Numbered from the stretch's first letter, positions 17,756 to 27,661 are shown. The stretch is DNA of 64,000 nt from Acidobacteriota bacterium (GCA_040755995.1 JBFMAF010000040.1:64001-128000), one strand, 5' to 3'. Made by a program: numbers and translations. The notes: generated by a model not told the origin, from the sequence alone.

Positions 17756-20700
17756 ATGAGGCATCCAGCATCAGGAGGTTGGGCCGAAAGCTTGCAAGAC
17801 CGGGCCGCGCGCTTCATACGCGGGGCCGCGGCTACGATCCTGCTTGCCGCACTGACGGCGCCGGCTGCGGCGGGAGGATCGAGTGTGAGCGCACTGGATC
17901 TGGCGAGCGAATTCCACGTCCAGAACTGGCAGGCGGAGGATGGGCTCCCGCAGAACACAGTCAATGCGGTCGCACAGACTCCGGACGGCTTCCTGTGGAT
18001 AGGGACGCTCGGCGGCCTGATGCGATTCGATGGACACAGGTTTGACGCATTGGGACCAACCGGATTCCAGGAGTTCCGCAGCGAACCGTACGTGTGGTCA
18101 CTCATGGCGGACCAAACCGGCGTACTCTGGATTGGCAGTACAGCCGGTCTGTTTCGGATGGAGAACGGCCGTTTCAGCCGCATTGATCTGCCGGGACGCA
18201 GCCGAAGCGACCCGGTGCACAGGCTGTGCCGGGACCCGGCAGGGATTCTGTGGATCCTCACGGCCGGCGGTCTGCTCTTTCGCCTCGCCGGCGACTCCAT
18301 CACGCAATGCCCGTCGGAAGAAGGCCTGCCTGTGCGGCCGAAGACGAGCATCAGCGAAGACGTTTCGGGGCTGTTATGGGTCGGCACGGACTGCGGGTTG
18401 CTCTGCTTCGACGGAACCCGGCTGCGGAGCTGTCGTCAGGCAGGTCGCGAGACCGATACAGCGATTTACGCGCTTGCCCCGGATCCCAAAGGCGGGGTTT
18501 GGGTCGGGACTCGCGACCAGGGCTTGTTGCACGCGCGCGAAGGCTGCATCGAGCCGAGGGCAGTTGCGAGCACGGCAGGCGGGTCGATTCACGCGCTCTT
18601 TCGTGCCCGGGACGGGACCCTGTGGATCGGCCTGGGGTACGGAGGGCTCGGTACGATGCGCGCCGGAGTGTTCCGCCGGGTTCTCGTCAATCCGTTGCTC
18701 GATCGCGAGCGCATCCGCAGCATCTTCGAAGACCGCGACGGCAACCTGTGGGTCGGCACGGAAGGCACGGGTATGTTCCGACTTCGACCCAAGGCGCTCA
18801 GGGCCGTCACCGTGGCGGACGGGTTGCCGAGCGACTTCGTCCAGAGTGTCTACGAGGACCGATCGGGTTCGGTGTGGATCGGCACAGAGTACGGGCTTGC
18901 TCAGTTGACCAACGGTAGCATCGTGGTCCACCGAAATGGCGAGCGCTTCCAGGACAACTATGTGTTTGGTCTCGGCGAGGCGCAGGATGGGACACTCCTC
19001 GCAGGCACAGCCTCGGGCCTCTGGAACGTCCGAGACGGGCGTTTCGAACATGTGGGCTCATTCGCGGGTGCAGTGTGGAGCATCTGTCCCGATTCGAAGA
19101 GGAACACGTGGGTCGGGACATCATCGGGGCTGCACCTGCTGAGAAACGGTGCGTTGGAGAAGTTCCAACACGACCCGCTGCTGGCATCCGTCGAGACATC
19201 ACAGATACAGGCCGATGCTCACGGGACCGTCTGGGTGGGCACGCGAGAGAACGGGGTCTTCAGGATCGAAGGGGAGGCCGTCACGCACTTCACCCGGCAG
19301 GAGGGACTGCCCGACGACGCGATCGCAGCTCTCATGGTGGCATCCGACGGGTCGCCATGGGTGGCCACGCGGACGGGGCTGGCCTGGCGCCGCGGAGAGA
19401 AATGGCTGTCACTCGGCAGCCAGTCCGCTCCCATCGCGTCCGCGGGAATTACTACTATTGTAGAGGATCAGCAGCATCTCTGGTTAGGCAGCGCCAGGGG
19501 CATCTTCAGGTTGAGCAAACGCCAGATCGAGAATGAGACGAACCTCGGCGATGGCATCCTGGTGCCGACCGTGTTCGGCCGGGCCGATGGAATGATCTCC
19601 AGCGAATGCAACGGCGGCAGATACCCATGCGGGTTCGTTGCACGCGACGGACGCATTCTTTTCGCCACGATCAAGGGACTGGTCATTGTGGACCCGCGGC
19701 GTCTGCCGACGCGCAGGTTTCCGCCTGCCTCATACATCGTAGAAGCGTTCGTGGACGGCCGGCCGCTTTCCGCCGGTCGCGCATTCACGGCACCTGCCGG
19801 CTCGCGCTCCTTCGAATTCCAATACTCCTGCGTCGATCTGGCGTCGTCCCAGGAGCCGCGATTCGCATGCGTCCTGGAGGGATTCGACAACCGGTGGAGG
19901 GATGCGGGGACCAGCCGGGCAGCCCACTATGCGAATCTGAAGCCGGGCACCTATCGGTTCAGCGTGCGCGCATGCGGCAATGACGGGCTATGGAGTCGAG
20001 AGGCGGCGAGCGTCGAGTTCCGCCTGCTGCCGTTGTTCCATCAGACGTGGTACTTCATCGCGCTCTGCGTCTGCGCGACCGGCGCTGCAACCTGGCTTCT
20101 CTACCTGTTCCGACTCCGCCAGGTCAAGGCGCGTTTCCGCGCCGTGTTCGCAGAGCGCCAGCGGATTTCGCGCGAGCTTCATGACACGCTGGCACAGAAT
20201 CTCACCGCGGTATCGATGCAGCTCGACTCGATCGGGACCGAATCGCGAGGGGCGCTGGCCGCTTTCCAGGAGACCGTGAGCCGCGCGCGCAAGCTGATCG
20301 GCGAGGGCCTGCGCGAGGTCCGCCGGTCGGTGGCGGACCTCCGGCTGCTCGCGCTCGAGAAGCGCGATCTGCATCGTGCGCTTCTGGAGCTGGCTCTGGA
20401 CTGTATCGCCGGCACTTCAATGACCGCCCGTGTGGATGCGAAGGGCACGCCGAGGTCGCTGCCGTACCACGTGGAGCTGAATCTGTTCCGCATCGCACAG
20501 GAGGCTCTTGCCAACGCAGTGAAGCACTCGGGCGGAAGTGCGATTGACATAGACCTCAATTACACGCGGACCGGTGTAGTGCTTCGCGTGAAGGACGACG
20601 GCCAGGGGCTGACACCATTAGGTGGCTCCAGCCACGATCACGGATTCGGGCTTGTCGGCATGCGTGAACGCGTTCGCGCCCTGGGTGGGAGAATAGAGGT

Positions 20701-20761
20701 GAGGAGCCGGCCGGGGGAGGGAACCGAGATCAAAGTCAAGGTGCCTCTGCAAGCGAAGTGA
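17756..20761 (+). CDS. Sensor histidine kinase with beta-propeller (Reg_prop) and Y_Y_Y domains, HisKA_3 type
   Basis: Repeated D..G.LWIGT..GL blades, YANLKPGTYRFSVRA, one TM helix, ERQRISRELHDTLAQ, RIAQEALANAVKHS, DDGQG, GFGLVGMRER. Start uncertain between 17573 and 17756. Confidence 0.93.
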   Translation: MRHPASGGWAESLQDRAARFIRGAAATILLAALTAPAAAGGSSVSALDLASEFHVQNWQAEDGLPQNTVNAVAQTPDGFLWIGTLGGLMRFDGHRFDALGPTGFQEFRSEPYVWSLMADQTGVLWIGSTAGLFRMENGRFSRIDLPGRSRSDPVHRLCRDPAGILWILTAGGLLFRLAGDSITQCPSEEGLPVRPKTSISEDVSGLLWVGTDCGLLCFDGTRLRSCRQAGRETDTAIYALAPDPKGGVWVGTRDQGLLHAREGCIEPRAVASTAGGSIHALFRARDGTLWIGLGYGGLGTMRAGVFRRVLVNPLLDRERIRSIFEDRDGNLWVGTEGTGMFRLRPKALRAVTVADGLPSDFVQSVYEDRSGSVWIGTEYGLAQLTNGSIVVHRNGERFQDNYVFGLGEAQDGTLLAGTASGLWNVRDGRFEHVGSFAGAVWSICPDSKRNTWVGTSSGLHLLRNGALEKFQHDPLLASVETSQIQADAHGTVWVGTRENGVFRIEGEAVTHFTRQEGLPDDAIAALMVASDGSPWVATRTGLAWRRGEKWLSLGSQSAPIASAGITTIVEDQQHLWLGSARGIFRLSKRQIENETNLGDGILVPTVFGRADGMISSECNGGRYPCGFVARDGRILFATIKGLVIVDPRRLPTRRFPPASYIVEAFVDGRPLSAGRAFTAPAGSRSFEFQYSCVDLASSQEPRFACVLEGFDNRWRDAGTSRAAHYANLKPGTYRFSVRACGNDGLWSREAASVEFRLLPLFHQTWYFIALCVCATGAATWLLYLFRLRQVKARFRAVFAERQRISRELHDTLAQNLTAVSMQLDSIGTESRGALAAFQETVSRARKLIGEGLREVRRSVADLRLLALEKRDLHRALLELALDCIAGTSMTARVDAKGTPRSLPYHVELNLFRIAQEALANAVKHSGGSAIDIDLNYTRTGVVLRVKDDGQGLTPLGGSSHDHGFGLVGMRERVRALGGRIEVRSRPGEGTEIKVKVPLQAK

Positions 20762-20768
20762 GGGCGGC

Positions 20769-21410
20769 ATGGAGGAGAAGATGATGACGGCGCACGCGGC
20801 GGTGCGGGTTCTGGTCGCTGACGATCATCCCGTTGTACGGGCCGGAATTGTCTCAGCGATCGCGTCCCAGTCAGACTTGAGGGTCGTGGGAGAGGCGGGG
20901 ACCGGCGAAGAGGTGGTGCGGTTGTTCCGTGAACTTCGACCCGACGTCACCCTGGTCGACCTGAACATGCCCGGCCAAGGCGGGATCTCGGCAATCGAGG
21001 CGATTCGCAAGGAGGCGCCGCGCGCCCGCATCATCGTGCTCACGGTGTGCGACGGAGATGAGGACATCCGCCGCGCGCTCGATGCCGGCGCGCAGGGTTA
21101 TCTGCTGAAGGACGTCACCGCCGAGAAGCTCCTGGCCGCCGTGCGATCGGTTCACGCCGGGTTCCGTGAGGTCTCCGAGGCCGTTCAGAGCCGTCTGGCC
21201 GAGCCTCCGGCGGAACTGACGGACCGCGAGCTGGAGGTGCTCCAGCTCATCGCCAAGGGGTTCACCAACAAGGAAACCGGCAAGCTCCTGGGCGTGTCCG
21301 AGGGCACGATCAAGACCCACGTCGTCCACATCCTGGCGAAGCTCGAAGCGAGCGACCGGACCGAGGCGGTCATGGTGGCCATGCAGAGGGGAATACTCCA
21401 CCAGTCCTGA
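20769..21410 (+). CDS. NarL/LuxR family response regulator (cognate of the adjacent kinase)
   Basis: VLVADDHPVVRAG, DLNMP, GYLLKD, LTDRELEVLQLIAKGFTNKE...EGTIKTHV. Confidence 0.95.
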   Translation: MEEKMMTAHAAVRVLVADDHPVVRAGIVSAIASQSDLRVVGEAGTGEEVVRLFRELRPDVTLVDLNMPGQGGISAIEAIRKEAPRARIIVLTVCDGDEDIRRALDAGAQGYLLKDVTAEKLLAAVRSVHAGFREVSEAVQSRLAEPPAELTDRELEVLQLIAKGFTNKETGKLLGVSEGTIKTHVVHILAKLEASDRTEAVMVAMQRGILHQS

Positions 21411-21476
21411 CCCCGCAGAATCTCGCTCGCTCAACCGAGATATCCGCTGCGCGGATCGACTTGACGAACTGCGCCC

Positions 21477-24400
21477 CTATCTCGGGGCCATGCTCAGTAG
21501 CGGTACGAGTCTTTCCAGAGTGGAGTCGCCGCCATGCGTATATGATCCGCCGTCGAGAGCGATGCGGAAACCGTGGTCGGCGAAGAGCAGCAGCGGCTTG
21601 CTTTGATCCAGGCGCTTCCTTACGCCGCCAAGAGCCAGGCGCAGCTCGGCCGCCGCTATCCGAACCAGATCCTCGAACGGCGGGAATCGCCGGTGCAGCA
21701 GCTGGTCCACCGCGTCGATCTTGACGAAGGAGCGTACGTGCCCGGACTCGATCAGCGTGCGGTAGCAAGCGTCCGTGGTGGTCTCGCTCGACACCATCGC
21801 GTAGGAATCCGTCGCAACACGCCATGCAGCCAGCACTTCCTCAATGCTGCTCCGCAGCTCGGCGAAGAGAGGCAAGCCCAGGCAATCGACCATGATCCAC
21901 TGGGACTCCGTGTGCTGCCGTAGCGCCTCGGCGAGGCCCGGCGGCTGCGGCCGCAGCTCTGTGCGCGCCAGTGCATCCAGCCGCTCCAGCCAGCGCTGCG
22001 GCGCAACGCGCAGCATGCGATGGTGCTGGCGATAGAGCGCCGCTGCCACCGAGCGCAGCCGCTCGGCCGTGCCGGCCTCCTGCGGCCGCACAAGATCGAC
22101 CGCTGCGGCGACCAGCGGCGAGCCGCTCCTGGACGGTGCCGGTCCCAGCCTGCCGTCCAGCAGCCACCGCAGAATCTGCTCCTCCGCGCTCTCATCGAAC
22201 CCCAGCTGCTCCAGACGGCTCAACGACTCGGCCGAGACCCACTCCGGCTGCAGATGCTCTCCGATTCGCTTGCGCATGTCAGCGCCCAGGCCCTTCGGGA
22301 GAGGCACTCCGTGGCGCAGCGACTGCTCGGCGCACCACAGGGCGATCTCATCCGGCTCGGCGCCGGACCGGCGCTTCAGCCTGATGCGCGCAGCCTCGAT
22401 GCGTCCCAGCTCGCGCTCAATGGCGGCTGCGAGCTCGGCGCGTTCCCACGTGGCGCCGCACAGCGGCTCCAGCAGAGCCTCCACCTCCACCTGCGCGACT
22501 AGTGAGACTCCGCCGAGGAGCTGGTCGAGCAGATCCAGATCGTCGATCTCCGGATAATCCGCCCGGTTTTCGAGGTAGGCAGATGTTCTAGGGTTCACCT
22601 CCACCCACTCTTTCCTCAGCCGTTCCCTGACGGACTCCTGCCCGAAGAACAGCGTGAGCGTCGATTCGATCTTCTCGCGCAGCGTCTCGAATGCGCGCAT
22701 CTCCTCCGCAATCGGCGCTCTCTCTCCGTCGAACCCGCACGGGCAGACGGGCTGGAAGTCGAGGTTCACGAGGCCGCGGCAGCGGAGCGCCCGTGCGCGA
22801 TCGCGACACGCCTGCATCTGCTTCAGCTCCGCTTCGAGCGCCACGTGCCGGCTCCGCACCACCTTGGGCGGGTCCCATTCCCAGATAGCGTGTCCCTTTC
22901 CCCACCAGTCCGCATGCAGGCGGGCGTAGCTGGTCTTGTGATCCTCGTAGATGGCGTGTGCTCGCGCGAGCCACTGGTCCACCTCGCTCATGTTGTCCAG
23001 GCCGGGAGGCGGTCCAAGCGCCTCGACCCTGGAACCGAGATCGAGGGCGCGACACGATGCCAGGGCCGGGTGTCCGAGTAGGTGGCTGAATCGCTGAAGC
23101 TCGGCCAGTATCTTCTCGATGCGTTCCGGCGCGCCCTCGAGCTCGTCGCACAGCGACACGAAGAGCTCCGCCGTGCCCGCCTCGTACAAGAACTGCTGGA
23201 ATCCCTGAAGCTCACTATCTCCGGCCTCCAATGAATTCCAGAGGCGGACCACTCTGGCGAGCTTCTCGGAGAGCGCGGCGGCCCCTGGCGCCTGGGCGAT
23301 CTTGAGGAGCGCCTGTTGGAGGCGCGTGCTCTCGCGATGCCCTGCCTCGCGCAGCTGCCGCACCGCGTTGCGCTGGCCGATGACCGTCCATTGCGCGGGC
23401 ACACGGGCGCCGAACCTCTTGCACAGCTTCTCCAGCTCCCTCAGCTGTTCCACACTCAGGGCACGGCCGGGCACGATCCTGTCGTACTGGATTGGAGTGG
23501 GGAGCGCTTCGAAAAGCTCGCGATAGGACTGCCGGTCTTTCAGGATATCGATATCGCCCTGGAGCAGAAGGAAAATGAGCAGCAGGTGGATCTGGTCCGG
23601 CACGAGCCCGTATACGGGGCTCGCGAGGTGCTCGTAAACGACTTTCGGGGCAGGGTGGTGCTCGAGCAGCGGCCTCAACAGGCTCACCAGCTCGTTTCGC
23701 TCCAGGTGGGCGGGCAGCGCGTAGTTGCGGCCTTTTCGCTGCAGGAGCCCCATCGGCGCGAGATAAGCCTCGCGTATGAGCTTCACGAACTCGTCGGCCT
23801 CGTACTCGCCGGGATCATGCTGTGCCGACCAGCGCATGAACCGGCGGTATGCCTCGTTGGCCAGCGGGCCGTAGCCCGGAGCGAAACGTTCGAACGCCGG
23901 GTAGTACCGGCGCAGGACGTATTGGCCGTACTTCGCGAGCCACGATTGCGCCGATCCGGACGTGTCGATGCGCAGAGGGCCCTCGGGTTCGCCGGCCGGA
24001 CCGGCGACGCGTGCCTCGAGGTAGACGCTGCTGAGCCTGGAGCGGAAGAGCGCGAGGCGCGGCGACATGCGCCGCTCGAGCCTCGACGCGACATCCCCGC
24101 CGGCCACCTTGCCGCGAAGCCGCGCCATTGCTGCAAGCTCCACCAGCTCCTCTCCGATCTCCATCCGCTCGGGGATGAGCGTGTAGCACCCCGGCGCCGG
24201 CTCCGCCTCGCCCCACGGCAGACGAATGCAAAGCGCAGGCCCCTCGCGGGCCGGCGGCTGGCCATCGCCAAAGTAGACCTGGATCGTCCGATCGTGGAAA
24301 TGCCAGCGAATCATCCGCGGCTGCCACTCATCCCGGGCCAGCGCGAACGGGTTGAAACCGGTCTCGCCGAGAAATGGGATGATCCCCTCGAAGACGATCT

Positions 24401-25754
24401 CGCCTCGACCCTGCAGCTCCGCGATCTCCCGTTGGAGCATCTTTTCAAGGTCTTCCTCGCCTCGATCCTCCAGATTCAGCGAATAGGCGTCACCTTGCTG
24501 TTGCACGTAGCGGCCCTTCTGGACGAGCGATCGCAGGATGTTCTCGACGACCTTGACGTTCTTGGCGGGGTCGGTGAGCGCGACCGTCGCGAGCAGCAAC
24601 GAGGCCGCTTCTGCCGCGCTGAATCCATCACGCGACGGCGACATGTGCGCAAGCATCAGGAGCTTGATGACGCGCCACGCGAGGGTTCTCTGAGGCTCCG
24701 TTGAGAATATCTCGGCGATGTGGATTCGGTAGTACGGGAACAGCCGCTGTGCCAGCGGCAGGAACTCCGGCTGCGTTTCCAGAGTGTCCTGGAAGTGATC
24801 CACTATGAAATCCGGTGTCAGCAAGCTGCCCCACGGCTTGTCCAGGAACGGAGCAGATCGTCGCGCCGGGTCGCCGCGAAGTTGCGTCACGACGAAATCG
24901 ACGACACCGCGCGCCTGGGAGAAGCGGTCCCGCACTTCGGCGAGCAGATCGAGGGTGGCGGGATGAAGGGGATAGGTCGAAGCGAGAGCCTGGAGGTCGA
25001 CTTTGACGTTGCCAGGCATGGCGGCGCGCAGGCGCGACAGCAGCTCGCCGACGGCCTCGTCGTAGCCCGGCTTCTTGATCAGTATGCTCTGGCTGATGAG
25101 ATCTCTCACGTGCGCCGGCGTCAACAGCAGGCGCACGGGAAAGCGGTCCTTGATCTTGCGGAACAGATCGTACTCCAGGTCTCCGGTGTGCTCGATCTGC
25201 TCCTGCATGGCCGCGAGGACCCAGAACCGATTTCCAAGCGCCCACTCGCCGGTGAACTGCAGGAACCGGACGTCCTCGTTGAAACTCTCGCGCGTGGGTT
25301 TGGATCGCAGGAACTCGGAGAGCTCGTCGAGGATGAGAAGCACCGTCCGATTCTGTTGAAAGGACGACCACGCGATGCGCCGATCCTCTCGACCTGTGGC
25401 GATTCCCAGCGCGCGCCCGATGATATCTTCGATGCGGGTGTCGGAGCTGAAGTTGAGCAGCGAAATGGCCGCTACTTCCGGCGCGCTCTCGACGAACTCT
25501 CCCGAGCATATCTTCTGCGCTATGTACGCAAGGAAGTGCGACTTGCCTGATCCATATTGACCGATCAGGAAGACGCCGGAACCAGCGGATCTGCCGAGCA
25601 GTTCCTGCATCACGCGCAAGTGCGCTCCGACTTCGCCGGTGACGAAGTAGTTCTCCGTGATCCAGCCGGCGCGATCGGTCTGCAAATCATCAAGGCGAAC
25701 TACCGTCGGCCGCGGGATCACATCCACCAGATCGCGTATGCTCGCCGGCTTCAT
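21477..25754 (-). CDS. BREX BrxC-like (DUF6079-type) P-loop ATPase fused to a C-terminal PglZ-like alkaline-phosphatase-fold domain
   Basis: Walker A GQYGSGKS (25539-62), Walker B LLILDELSEFL, KIKDRF, YPLHP, cysteine cluster CRGLVNLDFQPVCPCGF. The C-terminal about 170 aa carry IMVDCLG, FADHGF and HGGDSTLERLVP, which match the PglZ motifs. Confidence 0.8.
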   Translation of the reverse strand: MKPASIRDLVDVIPRPTVVRLDDLQTDRAGWITENYFVTGEVGAHLRVMQELLGRSAGSGVFLIGQYGSGKSHFLAYIAQKICSGEFVESAPEVAAISLLNFSSDTRIEDIIGRALGIATGREDRRIAWSSFQQNRTVLLILDELSEFLRSKPTRESFNEDVRFLQFTGEWALGNRFWVLAAMQEQIEHTGDLEYDLFRKIKDRFPVRLLLTPAHVRDLISQSILIKKPGYDEAVGELLSRLRAAMPGNVKVDLQALASTYPLHPATLDLLAEVRDRFSQARGVVDFVVTQLRGDPARRSAPFLDKPWGSLLTPDFIVDHFQDTLETQPEFLPLAQRLFPYYRIHIAEIFSTEPQRTLAWRVIKLLMLAHMSPSRDGFSAAEAASLLLATVALTDPAKNVKVVENILRSLVQKGRYVQQQGDAYSLNLEDRGEEDLEKMLQREIAELQGRGEIVFEGIIPFLGETGFNPFALARDEWQPRMIRWHFHDRTIQVYFGDGQPPAREGPALCIRLPWGEAEPAPGCYTLIPERMEIGEELVELAAMARLRGKVAGGDVASRLERRMSPRLALFRSRLSSVYLEARVAGPAGEPEGPLRIDTSGSAQSWLAKYGQYVLRRYYPAFERFAPGYGPLANEAYRRFMRWSAQHDPGEYEADEFVKLIREAYLAPMGLLQRKGRNYALPAHLERNELVSLLRPLLEHHPAPKVVYEHLASPVYGLVPDQIHLLLIFLLLQGDIDILKDRQSYRELFEALPTPIQYDRIVPGRALSVEQLRELEKLCKRFGARVPAQWTVIGQRNAVRQLREAGHRESTRLQQALLKIAQAPGAAALSEKLARVVRLWNSLEAGDSELQGFQQFLYEAGTAELFVSLCDELEGAPERIEKILAELQRFSHLLGHPALASCRALDLGSRVEALGPPPGLDNMSEVDQWLARAHAIYEDHKTSYARLHADWWGKGHAIWEWDPPKVVRSRHVALEAELKQMQACRDRARALRCRGLVNLDFQPVCPCGFDGERAPIAEEMRAFETLREKIESTLTLFFGQESVRERLRKEWVEVNPRTSAYLENRADYPEIDDLDLLDQLLGGVSLVAQVEVEALLEPLCGATWERAELAAAIERELGRIEAARIRLKRRSGAEPDEIALWCAEQSLRHGVPLPKGLGADMRKRIGEHLQPEWVSAESLSRLEQLGFDESAEEQILRWLLDGRLGPAPSRSGSPLVAAAVDLVRPQEAGTAERLRSVAAALYRQHHRMLRVAPQRWLERLDALARTELRPQPPGLAEALRQHTESQWIMVDCLGLPLFAELRSSIEEVLAAWRVATDSYAMVSSETTTDACYRTLIESGHVRSFVKIDAVDQLLHRRFPPFEDLVRIAAAELRLALGGVRKRLDQSKPLLLFADHGFRIALDGGSYTHGGDSTLERLVPLLSMAPR

Positions 25755-25770
25755 GCGTCAGAATCTATCA
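25755..25770 (-). promoter_or_regulatory. Extended -10 element (TGaTAGATT) 7 nt before the ATPase-PglZ ATG; probable leaderless transcript
   Basis: Minus strand reads TG-A-TAGATT-ctgacgc-ATG; no Shine-Dalgarno sequence. Confidence 0.5.
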
Positions 25771-25986
25771 CAGGTGGCGGGCCAGCGGCGCAGACGGCAG
25801 ACTGACGGACTTGCCGCTCGAGGACGCGCAGTGGCTTGTAGGGCGCCAGCACGGCCTGATGCGAAGAACATGTTGCGATCAAGGCGCGTCTTGAACGATG
25901 TGTGATTCGTCTTCCGTCTCCCGTCTTCCGTCCGGTGGCGCAGCCTCGCTTGCGATTCCGATATACAGCGCGTCATGCACTGCGTC

Positions 25987-26030
25987 GACTCGTTGAGTCT
26001 GTTGTCGACTCATGACGTGCTGTATAGAAT
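25987..26030 (+). promoter_or_regulatory. Promoter of the TPR gene with overlapping inverted repeats
   Basis: TTGTCG (26002-07), 17 nt, TAGAAT (26025-30). TGAGTC-N7-GACTCA (25994-26012) brackets the -35; GACTC-gtt-GAGTC (25987-99) lies just upstream. Confidence 0.55.
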
Positions 26031-26061
26031 GTGAGCGGCCCCCACGCTGGATGCGACGGCA

Positions 26062-27036
26062 GTGAGCAGCAGAATCGCCACCGTGCTACACCGCAACATG
26101 GCGGCCGCGCTGCGGAAGGGTGATCTGGAGCAGGCGGAATCCATCCTGGAACACCTGAAGCGTGAGGATCCGCTGTCGGTTCAGACACGTGGGTTGGAGC
26201 TGGAGTACATTCTCGAATCGGGTCGCCTGGACGAGGCGAGTGCTTTGTCCTCGCAGCTACTCAACCTCTTCCCCACTTCTCCTCGGATTCACTATATTGC
26301 CGGCCTTATCGACTACAGACGGCGCGACTACCCGGCGGCAGAATTGCATCTGACCGAAAGCCAGCGTCTTCATCCGCACTGGCGCACCGAGTACTGGATC
26401 GGCAGGACGCTCACGCAGGCAGGGCGTTTCGAGGAGGCCGAGGCTACGCTTCTGAGGATACTGCCTCAGTATCCTGGATGCCGCATGGACCTGGCATGGC
26501 TCTACGAGAGGAAGCAGGACTTCGCGCGGGCTCTGCAGCACATCCAGGCACACGTAAAGGAGAACCCGCGTGACGCTCGCGCCGCGGCGCAGCTCGAACG
26601 CCTCCGCGCACGCAGCATGAGCCCGGCGGACTTGCAGGATGAGGTCGAGACCCTGATCGACCTTGGCGAGGACGTTTCTCCCGCGGTCCTTCCGGAGTAC
26701 CTGGAGACGCTTTTGCGAACGGGGCAAGGAAGCAAGGCAAGGGCGATAGTCCAGCAGAGAGTCCAGGACATGGACGCGCGCCTCGCCACACGCCTCGCCT
26801 GGACCTGCTACTCGCTCCAGGCCTACGACATGGCCCTTCAACTGTTCATGAAGAGCTTTGCCGAGAACCGCACGAACTTCAAGTTCCTGGCGGCAATCGA
26901 GGCGGCCGCCGATCGCTGCGGGCGCCTTCAGGAGCTCATTCGCCTGTATAGAGCAAACGCGGCCGAGGTGCGCAGCCTGTACGGGCGGATCCAGAGACTC
27001 GACAAGCGGCTGCGCCTCTCTCGCGGCCCCGGCTGA
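26062..27036 (+). CDS. Tetratricopeptide repeat protein (cytoplasmic)
   Basis: All-helical TPR-like repeats (IHYIAGLIDYRRRDYPAAELHL, YWIGRTLTQAGRFEEAEATL, LAWLYERKQDFARALQHI); no signal peptide. Confidence 0.85.
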   Translation: MSSRIATVLHRNMAAALRKGDLEQAESILEHLKREDPLSVQTRGLELEYILESGRLDEASALSSQLLNLFPTSPRIHYIAGLIDYRRRDYPAAELHLTESQRLHPHWRTEYWIGRTLTQAGRFEEAEATLLRILPQYPGCRMDLAWLYERKQDFARALQHIQAHVKENPRDARAAAQLERLRARSMSPADLQDEVETLIDLGEDVSPAVLPEYLETLLRTGQGSKARAIVQQRVQDMDARLATRLAWTCYSLQAYDMALQLFMKSFAENRTNFKFLAAIEAAADRCGRLQELIRLYRANAAEVRSLYGRIQRLDKRLRLSRGPG

Positions 27037-27060
27037 TGGCTCGCCGGGAGCTTACTGCTG

Positions 27061-27330
27061 TCACCCTTGGCTCCTTGCTCTTCGAAGACCTCGGATCTCC
27101 AGGTACAAGCCGAGCCCGAGGGAACCGGCGAAGCTGGCGATGGTTACCAGGGTATGGGCGTAGCTGTAGGCATAGACCGCTCTTGAGACCTCGGTGAGAC
27201 GTCCCTTGCCGCCGAGAAAGTACTTCCCGGAGGCCGCCTTCCCGTTCAGCGCGTCGCCTCCCAGGCTCATCCCCACGAATGCCCAGACTGCGAAGTTCAG
27301 AATCACAGCGATGAAGATCCCCGATCCCAT
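27061..27330 (-). CDS. Small two-TM membrane protein
   Basis: MGSGIFIAVILNFAVWAFVGMSLGGDALNGK...YFLG...TEVS...AHTLVTIASFAGSLGLGL; a regulon-type promoter lies upstream on the same strand. Confidence 0.6.
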   Translation of the reverse strand: MGSGIFIAVILNFAVWAFVGMSLGGDALNGKAASGKYFLGGKGRLTEVSRAVYAYSYAHTLVTIASFAGSLGLGLYLEIRGLRRARSQG

Positions 27331-27501
27331 TCGTTGCCCCTGAGAGCCTCCGGAGCCCCGAGCCACAGGGGGTTCGCTAGTAACCAAGCCAGCAGAGAAG
27401 GATCAAGGCTGCGATCGCAGCAAGCTTCGTAATCATGAAAGACCTCCGAGCTGAACTCCAGTCCACGTATCCACGTTCGTGCGGTCTCTCGCCCCATTAA
27501 C

Positions 27502-27547
27502 AATATCGGCCCCGCGGACCATCCGTGCCTCTATCGATAGACGGAGC
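27502..27547 (-). promoter_or_regulatory. Regulon promoter copy 1 (minus strand)
   Basis: GCTCCGTC-tatc-GATAGAGG, 17 nt, GCCGATATT. Confidence 0.7.
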
Positions 27548-27661
27548 TGCGCAGGGACATTGTGTGAGCCTGCTTGAGGCGCGCCGGCCTGACTGTGCGC
27601 GGCTTTGTTCAATGTGATCGCCGTCACACTTGCACGGGGAACGGACTGCAATCTGACTTCA

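Noticed and set aside
21477..27036. Calling the locus a complete canonical BREX type 3 system
   Set aside because: No brxF, pglXI, brxHII, brxA or separate pglZ is recognisable in the window. Only the fused core is supported.
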